A DNA stretch of 34,071 bases from a virus. Its lineage: Duplodnaviria > Heunggongvirae > Uroviricota > Caudoviricetes. Numbering within the stretch: the stretch's first letter is position 1; the number at the start of each line of letters is the position of its first letter. The notes under the pieces are model-generated. The model saw nothing but the letters and a program-made list of their open reading frames with translations, ran no database searches and was not told where the DNA came from. Both the position numbers and the translations under genes were made by a program. The DNA is taken from the IMG/VR virus record IMGVR_UViG_2721755657_000001, positions 1 to 34,071 of that record; one strand, written 5' to 3'. Shown here piece after piece: positions 27,556 through 34,071 of the stretch.

Positions 27556-27611
27556 TTTTCATCCGGTCAGCCAGGCTGACCGGTTAACCCTGATTCAGAA
27601 GTGAGAAAACC

Positions 27612-27887
27612 ATGAACAAAGAAAATGTCATTACCCTGGACAATCCGGTCAAGCGTGGTGAGCAGGTCATCGAACAGGTCACGCTGATGAAACCTAACGC
27701 CGGGACGCTGCGCGGTGTCAGTCTGGCAGCGGTCGCGAACTCCGAAGTCGATGCACTGATTAAGGTGCTGCCGCGCATGACGGCACCGATGCTGACCGAG
27801 CAGGAAGTCGCCGCGCTGGAACTGCCTGACCTTGTGGCGCTGGCCGGTAAGGTGGTCGGTTTTTTGTCGCCGAACTCGGTGCAGTGA
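27612..27887 (+). CDS. E: Tail assembly chaperone E
   Basis: 91-aa ORF between tube and tape-measure genes, with a slippery heptamer near its 3' end. Confidence 0.88.
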   Translation: MNKENVITLDNPVKRGEQVIEQVTLMKPNAGTLRGVSLAAVANSEVDALIKVLPRMTAPMLTEQEVAALELPDLVALAGKVVGFLSPNSVQ

Positions 27888-28039
27888 CGTTTCCAAAAAA
27901 TCTCTCGGTCGATGACCTGATGGCGGATGTGGCAGTGATATTTCACTGGCCGCCATCAGAACTGTATCCCATGAGCCTGACCGAACTCATCACATGGCGC
28001 GAAAAGGCGCTCCGGCGAAGCGGAAACACGAATGAGTAA
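27612..28039 (+). CDS. E': Tail assembly chaperone E+E' (-1 programmed frameshift product)
   Basis: After a -1 slip at T_TTT_TTG (27860..27866) the -1 frame is open to TAA at 28037..28039 (extension VAELGAVTFPKNLSVDDLMADVAVIFHWPPSELYPMSLTELITWREKALRRSGNTNE), overlapping the T start. Confidence 0.8.
27860..27866 (+). promoter_or_regulatory. Slippery heptamer T_TTT_TTG for the E/E' -1 frameshift
   Basis: Zero-frame codons TTT(27861..27863) TTG(27864..27866) preceded by T(27860). Same heptamer and position as recalled for P2 E/E'. Confidence 0.8.
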
Positions 28040-30479
28040 CAATGTAAAATTACAGGTATTGCTCAGGGCTGTTGACCAGGCATCCCGCCCGTTTAAATCC
28101 ATCCGCACAGCGAGCAAATCGCTGTCGGGGGATATCCGGGAAACACAAAAATCACTGCGCGAGCTGAACGGTCAGGCGTCCCGTATTGAGGGATTTCGCA
28201 AGACCAGTGCACAGCTCGCCGTGACTGGTCATGCACTTGAAAAGGCTCGGCAGGAAGCCGAAGCCCTTGCCACACAGTTTAAAAACACCGAACGTCCGAC
28301 CCGTGCTCAGGCGAAAGTGCTGGAATCCGCAAAGCGTGCGTCGGAGGACTTACAGGCGAAATATAACCGCCTGACGGATTCCGTTAAACGCCAGCAGCGG
28401 GAACTGGCCGCTGTGGGAATTAATACCCGCAATCTTGCACATGATGAGCAGGGACTGAAAAACCGTATCAGTGAAACCACCGCACAGCTTAACCGTCAGC
28501 GCGACGCGCTGGCGCGTGTCAGTGCGCAACAGGCAAAACTTAACGCAGTAAAACAGCGTTATCAGTCCGGAAAGGAACTGGCCGGAAATATGGCCTCAGT
28601 GGGCGCTGCCGGTGTGGGGATTGCGGCGGCGGGAACGATGGCCGGTGTTAAGCTACTGATGCCCGGTTATGAGTTTGCGCAGAAAAACTCAGAATTGCAG
28701 GCCGTGCTAGGTGTGGCAAAAGACTCCGCCGAAATGGCCGCACTCCGCAAGCAGGCGCGCCAGCTCGGTGACAATACTGCCGCCTCGGCGGATGATGCAG
28801 CCGGTGCACAGATTATCATTGCGAAAGCCGGTGGGGATGTTGATGCCATTCAGGCGGCAACGCCGGTCACGCTGAATATGGCACTGGTGAACCGCCGCAC
28901 GATGGAAGAAAACGCCGCCCTGCTGATGGGGATGAAATCCGCCTTTCAGCTTTCAAACGATAAGGTCGCTCATATCGGGGATGTTCTCTCCATGACGATG
29001 AACAAAACCGCCGCCGATTTTGACGGCATGAGCGATGCGCTGACCTATGCCGCACCAGTGGCAAATAATGCCGGTGTCAGCATTGAAGAAACCGCCGCAA
29101 TGGTCGGGGCGCTGCATGATGCAAAAATCACAGGCTCAATGGCGGGGACGGGAAGCCGTGCCGTGTTAAGTCGCCTGCAGGCACCAACGGGAAAAGCATG
29201 GGATGCACTCAAAGAGCTTGGCGTGAAAACCTCAGACAGTAAAGGGAATACCCGACCAGTATTTACCATTCTGAAAGAAATGCAGGCCAGTTTTGAGAAA
29301 AACCGGCTCGGTACTGCCCAGCAGGCTGAATACATGAAAACCATTTTCGGGGAGGAGGCCAGCTCAGCCGCCGCCGTGCTGATGACTGCCGCCTCAACCG
29401 GAAAGCTGGACAAACTGACCGCGGCGTTTAAAGCCTCAGACGGGAAGACCGCAGAGCTGGTAAATATCATGCAGGACAATCTCGGCGGTGACTTTAAGGA
29501 GTTTCAGTCCGCTTATGAGGCGGTGGGGACTGACCTGTTTGACCAGCAGGAAGGCGCACTGCGTAAGCTCATGCAGACGGCCACAAAGTATGTGTTAAAA
29601 CTCGACGGCTGGATACAGAAAAACAAATCACTGGCGTCAACCATTGGTCTCATTGCCGGTGGCGCACTGGCGCTGACTGGCATCATCGGTGCAATTGGTC
29701 TTGTAGCCTGGCCGGTTATCACCGGCATCAATGCCATCATCGCGGCAGCAGGCGCAATGGGGGCAATCTTCACGACGGTTGGCAGTGCTGTTATGACGGC
29801 CATCGGGGCGATTAGCTGGCCGGTTGTGGCCGTGGTGGCTGCAATTGTCGCCGGGGCGTTGCTTATCCGTAAATACTGGGAGCCTGTCAGCGCATTCTTT
29901 GGCGGTGTGGTTGAAGGGCTGAAAGCAGCATTTGCGCCGGTGGGGGAACTGTTCACGCCACTTAAGCCGGTATTTGACTGGCTGGGTGAAAAGTTACAGG
30001 CTGCGTGGCAGTGGTTTAAAAACCTGATTGCACCGGTCAAAGCCACCCAGGACACCCTGAACCGTTGCCGTGACACGGGCGTCATGTTCGGGCAGGCACT
30101 GGCTGACGCGCTGATGCTGCCGCTTAATGCGTTCAACAAATTACGCAGCGGCATTGACTGGGTACTGGAAAAGCTCGGGGTCATCAACAAAGAGTCAGAC
30201 ACACTTGACCAGACCGCCGCCAGAACTCATGCCGCCACGTATGGCACCGGTGGTTATATTCCGGCGACCAGCTCTTATGCAGGCTATCAGGCTTATCAGC
30301 CGGTCACGGCACCGGCTGGCCGCTCTTATGTGGACCAGAGTAAAAACGAATATCACATCAGCCTGACGGGTGGTACTGCGCCGGGGACACAGCTTGACCG
30401 CCAGTTACAGGATGCACTCGAAAAATACGAGCGGGATAAACGTGCGCGCGCCCGTGCCAGCATGATGCATGACGGTTAA
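28032..30479 (+). CDS. T: Tail tape measure protein
   Basis: 815-aa ORF, Ala/Gly-rich with hydrophobic central segments. P2 T position. Confidence 0.92.
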   Translation: MSNNVKLQVLLRAVDQASRPFKSIRTASKSLSGDIRETQKSLRELNGQASRIEGFRKTSAQLAVTGHALEKARQEAEALATQFKNTERPTRAQAKVLESAKRASEDLQAKYNRLTDSVKRQQRELAAVGINTRNLAHDEQGLKNRISETTAQLNRQRDALARVSAQQAKLNAVKQRYQSGKELAGNMASVGAAGVGIAAAGTMAGVKLLMPGYEFAQKNSELQAVLGVAKDSAEMAALRKQARQLGDNTAASADDAAGAQIIIAKAGGDVDAIQAATPVTLNMALVNRRTMEENAALLMGMKSAFQLSNDKVAHIGDVLSMTMNKTAADFDGMSDALTYAAPVANNAGVSIEETAAMVGALHDAKITGSMAGTGSRAVLSRLQAPTGKAWDALKELGVKTSDSKGNTRPVFTILKEMQASFEKNRLGTAQQAEYMKTIFGEEASSAAAVLMTAASTGKLDKLTAAFKASDGKTAELVNIMQDNLGGDFKEFQSAYEAVGTDLFDQQEGALRKLMQTATKYVLKLDGWIQKNKSLASTIGLIAGGALALTGIIGAIGLVAWPVITGINAIIAAAGAMGAIFTTVGSAVMTAIGAISWPVVAVVAAIVAGALLIRKYWEPVSAFFGGVVEGLKAAFAPVGELFTPLKPVFDWLGEKLQAAWQWFKNLIAPVKATQDTLNRCRDTGVMFGQALADALMLPLNAFNKLRSGIDWVLEKLGVINKESDTLDQTAARTHAATYGTGGYIPATSSYAGYQAYQPVTAPAGRSYVDQSKNEYHISLTGGTAPGTQLDRQLQDALEKYERDKRARARASMMHDG

Positions 30480-30493
30480 GGAGGTGACGAAAA

Positions 30494-30973
30494 ATGATGC
30501 TCGCGTTAGGTATGTTTGTTTTTATGCGCCAGACGCTGCCACACCAGACCATGCAGCGTGAATCAGATTATCGCTGGCCGTCAAATTCCCGTATCGGTAA
30601 ACGGGACGCCTACCAGTTTCTCGGTGTTGGCGATGAAAACATCACGCTTGCCGGTGTGCTTTATCCTGAACTGACCGGCGGAAAGCTGACGATGACCACG
30701 CTCAGGCTGATGGCAGAGGAAGGCCGGGCGTGGCCGTTGCTGGATGGCACCGGCATGATTTACGGCATGTATGTCATCAGCAAGGTGAGTGAAACAGGGA
30801 GTATTTTCTTTGCAGACGGCACACCCCGAAAAATTGATTTTACGCTGTCGCTCACCCGTGTTGATGAATCACTGGCCGCGCTTTATGGCGATATCGGTAA
30901 ACAGGCGGAATCGCTCATCGGTAAGGCTGGCAGTATGGCGACCAGATTCACGGGTATGACGGGGGTGGGATAA
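30494..30973 (+). CDS. U: Tail protein U
   Basis: 159-aa ORF after T with GAGGTGA SD. Confidence 0.88.
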   Translation: MMLALGMFVFMRQTLPHQTMQRESDYRWPSNSRIGKRDAYQFLGVGDENITLAGVLYPELTGGKLTMTTLRLMAEEGRAWPLLDGTGMIYGMYVISKVSETGSIFFADGTPRKIDFTLSLTRVDESLAALYGDIGKQAESLIGKAGSMATRFTGMTGVG

Positions 30974-32136
30974 TGCTGGATGCACTGACATTTGATGCAG
31001 GCAGTACGCTGACGCCGGATTACATGCTGATGCTCGACAGCAGGGATATTACCAGCAATATCAGTGACCGTCTGATGAGCATGACCCTGACGGATAACCG
31101 GGGCTTTGAGGCTGACCAGCTTGATATTGAACTGAACGATGCCGACGGGCAGGTCGGGCTGCCGGTTCGTGGCGCTGTCCTGACGGTGTATATCGGCTGG
31201 AAAGGTTTTGCCCTGGTATGCAAAGGGAAATTTACCGTTGATGAGGTTGAACACCGGGGCGCACCGGATGTGGTCACCATCCGCGCCCGGAGTGCAGATT
31301 TCCGCGGGACGCTCAATTCCCGCCGTGAAGGCTCCTGGCATGACACCACGCTCGGTGCGATTGTTGAGGCGATAGCCTCCCGTAACAGGCTGGAAGCCAG
31401 TGTCGCTCCGTCACTGGCCGGAATTAAAATCCCGCACATCGACCAGTCGCAGGAGTCTGATGCGAAATTCCTGACCCGTCTTGCAGAACGCAACGGCGGT
31501 GAGGTGTCGGTAAAAATGGGAAAACTGCTGTTTCTCAAAGCGGGGCAGGGGGTGACTGCCAGCGGTAAAAAAATCCCGCAGATTACCATCACCCGCAGCG
31601 ACGGTGACCGTCATCATTTTGCGATTGCTGACCGTGGAGCCTATACCGGCGTAACGGCAAAGTGGTTACACACCAAAGACCCGAAACCACAAAAGCAGAA
31701 GGTAAAACTGAAACGCAAAAAGAAAGAAAAACACCTGCGCGCACTGGAGCACCCGAAAGCGAAACCGGTCACGCAGAAGAAAGCGCCAAAAGTACCGGAA
31801 GCGCGCGAAGGTGAATACATGGCCGGTGAGGCTGACAACGTTTTTGCCCTGACTACGGTATATGCCACGAAAGCGCAGGCCATGCGCGCCGCTCAGGCGA
31901 AGTGGGATAAACTGCAACGGGGTGTGGCGGAGTTCTCCATCAGCCTGGCTACCGGTCGGGCAGATATTTACACGGAAACACCGGTTAAAGTGTCAGGCTT
32001 TAAGCGCGTCATAGACGAGCAGGACTGGACAATCACTAAGGTGACACATTTTCTGAATAATAGCGGCTTCACGACGTCCCTGGAGCTTGAGGTCAGGCTT
32101 TCTGATGTGGAGTACGAAACAGAAGATGATGAGTAA
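30973..32136 (+). CDS. D: Tail protein D (late control gene D)
   Basis: 387-aa ORF with TAATG overlap with U. Last gene of the tail operon, before ogr. Confidence 0.9.
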   Translation: MLDALTFDAGSTLTPDYMLMLDSRDITSNISDRLMSMTLTDNRGFEADQLDIELNDADGQVGLPVRGAVLTVYIGWKGFALVCKGKFTVDEVEHRGAPDVVTIRARSADFRGTLNSRREGSWHDTTLGAIVEAIASRNRLEASVAPSLAGIKIPHIDQSQESDAKFLTRLAERNGGEVSVKMGKLLFLKAGQGVTASGKKIPQITITRSDGDRHHFAIADRGAYTGVTAKWLHTKDPKPQKQKVKLKRKKKEKHLRALEHPKAKPVTQKKAPKVPEAREGEYMAGEADNVFALTTVYATKAQAMRAAQAKWDKLQRGVAEFSISLATGRADIYTETPVKVSGFKRVIDEQDWTITKVTHFLNNSGFTTSLELEVRLSDVEYETEDDE

Positions 32137-32217
32137 TGTTTTTGTTTTATCTGTTTGTTTTATAAGGATAAATTAACTAAAATGACACCATCAACAAAAC
32201 CGGAAGAGGTGCTCGCG

Positions 32218-32436
32218 ATGTTTCATTGTCCTTTATGCCAGCATGCCGCACATGCGCGTACAAGTCGCTATATCACTGACACGACAAAAGAGCGTTATCA
32301 CCAGTGTCAGAACGTGAATTGCAGCGCCACGTTCATCACTTATGAGTCGGTACAGCGATACATCGTGAAGCCGGGAGAAGTCCACGCCGTAAGGCCGCAC
32401 CCGTTGCCGTCAGGGCAGCAAATTATGTGGATGTAA
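32218..32436 (+). CDS. ogr: Ogr, zinc-finger late transcription activator
   Basis: 72-aa product from the internal ATG at 32218 (MFHCPLCQHAAHARTSRYITDTTKERYHQCQNVNCSATFITYESVQRYIV...), with Cys4 motif CxxC...CxxxxC. Last phage gene before attR. Confidence 0.9.
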   Translation: MFHCPLCQHAAHARTSRYITDTTKERYHQCQNVNCSATFITYESVQRYIVKPGEVHAVRPHPLPSGQQIMWM

Positions 32437-32448
32437 TTAGAAACAGGA

Positions 32449-32474
32449 AGCCCCTCAGTCGAGGGGCTTTTTTT
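32449..32474 (+). terminator. Intrinsic terminator after ogr
   Basis: AGCCCCTC-agtc-GAGGGGCT followed by a T-run, 13 nt after the ogr stop. Confidence 0.85.
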
Positions 32475-32537
32475 GTCGATGTGGTCAATGTGTGGACGTG
32501 ACCAGAAATAAATCCTTTTATTTCAATTTGTTGTTCG

Positions 32538-32565
32538 TAAAAAATAAGCCCGTGTAAGGGAGATT
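32538..32565. repeat. attR core (direct repeat of attL), overlapping the 3' end/terminator of cyaR
   Basis: Identical 28 bp to 476..503. Forms the 3' terminus of the cyaR transcript on the minus strand. Confidence 0.9.
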
Positions 32566-32625
32566 ACACAGGCTAAGGAGGTGGTTCCTGGTACAGCTAG
32601 CATTTTATGGGTTATGTTTTTCAGC
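32539..32625 (-). ncRNA. cyaR: CyaR (RyeE) Hfq-dependent sRNA
   Basis: Minus-strand sequence GCUGAAAAACAUAACCCAUAAAAUGCUAGCUGUACCAGGAACCACCUCCUUAGCCUGUGUAAUCUCCCUUACACGGGCUUAUUUUUU (87 nt) matches CyaR as I recall it. Located between yegQ and the prophage; its 3' end is supplied by the att core. Confidence 0.85.
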
Positions 32626-32709
32626 GAAACGGATGATAACCTTAATAAATGCAGCTGTATGTGATCGGTTTCTAAGAATTTTCCATCCGGGAAAAATAAT
32701 CGAAATTAA

Positions 32710-34071
32710 TCACTTACCGTGGGGATTACGCGTGGTTTCCCCGGAGAAATTACGCATCAGCAGCGCGTAATTGAGCTCAAGATCCTGCGGGACCGGGAGC
32801 CACACAGTATAACCATCGCCTGGTGCTATCGGCATAGCTTCGCCTTTGGCGTTTTCCATGTGCTCAAGGGTAAAATTAATGTTGCCTTGCGGCGTCATCA
32901 GCTCAAGGCTGTCGCCAACGGAGAATTTATTTTTCACCGCTACCGCCGCGAGGTCCCCCTTGCGCTCACCGGTAAACTCACCAACAAACTGCTGGCGGTC
33001 AGAAACTGAATAACCGTATTCGTAGTTCTGATAATCGTCGTGAGTATGACGACGCAGGAAACCTTCGGTATAGCCACGATGCGCTAGACCTTCCAGAGTT
33101 TCCAGCAGGCTGGTATCGAACGGTTTTCCCGCAGCGGCGTCATCGATAGCTTTGCGGTAAACCTGTGCGGTGCGTGCACAATAGTAGAAAGATTTGGTAC
33201 GACCTTCGATTTTCAGCGAATGCACGCCCATTTTGGTCAGGCGTTCTACATGGGCGATGGCGCGCAGATCTTTCGAGTTCATGATGTAAGTGCCGTGCTC
33301 ATCTTCAAACGCGGTCATATACTCGCCCGGACGCTGGGCCTCTTCGATCATAAACACTTTGTCGGTTGGTGCGCCGATACCCAGCGTCGGCTCAACATTT
33401 TGCACCGGAATCGGCTCGTACTTGTGTACGATGTTGCCAACATCATCTTCTTTCCCTTCCTGGACGTTGTACTCCCAGCGGCAGGCGTTGGTGCAGGTGC
33501 CCTGGTTCGGGTCGCGCTTGTTGATATAGCCAGAGAGCAGGCAGCGACCGGAGTAGGCCATGCACAGCGCGCCGTGAACGAAGATCTCGATCTCCATATC
33601 CGGCACCTGATTGCGGATCTCTTCAATCTCTTCCAGCGACAGCTCGCGAGAGAGGATCACGCGGGTCAGGCCCATTTGCTGCCAGAATTTCACCGTCGCC
33701 CAGTTCACGGCGTTAGCCTGCACCGAAAGGTGGATCGGCATTTCAGGGAAGTGCTCACGCACCAGCATAATCAGCCCTGGATCGGACATAATCAGCGCAT
33801 CCGGCCCCATTTCCACCACCGGTTTCAGGTCACGGATAAAGGTTTTCAGCTTGGCGTTGTGCGGTGCAATGTTGACCACGACATAAAACTTTTTCCCCAG
33901 CGCGTGGGCTTCATTGATGCCGAGCTGAAGATTTTCGTGGTTGAATTCGTTGTTGCGCACACGCAGGGAATAACGCGGCTGGCCCGCATAAACAGCATCT
34001 GCGCCATAAGCGAAAGCGTAACGCATATTTTTCAGCGTTCCCGCCGGGGAAAGGAGTTCCGGTTTAAACAT
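32710..34071 (-). CDS. yegQ: Peptidase U32-family protein YegQ (host chromosomal)
   Basis: 453-aa ORF starting exactly at the window edge (MFKPELLSPAGTLKNMRYAFAYGADAVYAGQPRYSLRVRNNEF...), with the Cys-rich motif of U32 proteins. Sequence recalled as E. coli YegQ. Confidence 0.85.
   Translation of the reverse strand: MFKPELLSPAGTLKNMRYAFAYGADAVYAGQPRYSLRVRNNEFNHENLQLGINEAHALGKKFYVVVNIAPHNAKLKTFIRDLKPVVEMGPDALIMSDPGLIMLVREHFPEMPIHLSVQANAVNWATVKFWQQMGLTRVILSRELSLEEIEEIRNQVPDMEIEIFVHGALCMAYSGRCLLSGYINKRDPNQGTCTNACRWEYNVQEGKEDDVGNIVHKYEPIPVQNVEPTLGIGAPTDKVFMIEEAQRPGEYMTAFEDEHGTYIMNSKDLRAIAHVERLTKMGVHSLKIEGRTKSFYYCARTAQVYRKAIDDAAAGKPFDTSLLETLEGLAHRGYTEGFLRRHTHDDYQNYEYGYSVSDRQQFVGEFTGERKGDLAAVAVKNKFSVGDSLELMTPQGNINFTLEHMENAKGEAMPIAPGDGYTVWLPVPQDLELNYALLMRNFSGETTRNPHGK

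Larger units (their letters stand above)
476..32565. mobile_element. Complete P2-like prophage (att to att), integrated at 3' end of cyaR
   Basis: Bounded by identical 28-bp direct repeats. Contains integrase, immunity region, replication genes, cos, and full head, lysis and tail modules in P2 order. Confidence 0.92.

Noticed and set aside
29045-30202. Two long minus-strand ORFs (144 and 229 aa) inside the tape-measure gene
   Set aside because: Antisense to T; Ala/Ser/Pro-rich low-complexity translations typical of the reverse frame of an Ala/Gly-rich gene.
31020-31592. 190-aa minus-strand ORF inside D
   Set aside because: Antisense chance ORF inside a supported tail gene.

Overview
The window is almost entirely one complete P2-family temperate prophage (about 32.1 kb, 476..32565) inserted in an Escherichia-type chromosome at the 3' end of the cyaR sRNA gene, between a yegR-like lipoprotein gene (left) and cyaR-yegQ (right). 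It is bounded by a 28-bp direct repeat whose 27 bp match the P2 att core as I recall it. Gene order is the canonical P2 prophage order: int-C-cox-orf78-B-orf80/81/82/83-A, accessory slot, cos, Q/P (minus strand), O-N-M-L-X-Y-K-lysA-lysB-lysC-R-S, accessory slot, V-W-J-I-H-G, accessory slot, FI-FII-E/E'-T-U-D-ogr. All protein identifications come from reading the ORF translations and from recalled P2 biology; no database search was run. The structural/replication backbone is conventional. The interesting content sits in three AT-rich cargo slots at known P2 variable positions: (1) between the A operon and cos (the tin/old slot), two uncharacterised membrane-associated proteins (7329..8060, 8159..8857), the best candidate for an undescribed anti-phage or exclusion module; (2) between S and V, an inverted gene for a 261-aa protein with three hydrophobic segments (18421..19206); (3) between G and FI, an FlxA-like 110-aa protein with a near-consensus sigma-28 promoter and its own terminator (25001..25420). 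Other notable signals: the cos site (8982..9000), the E/E' -1 frameshift site, the overlapping lysB/lysC spanin pair, 132-bp tandem repeats inside tail-fibre gene H, and a degenerate P-arm-like block left of attL.
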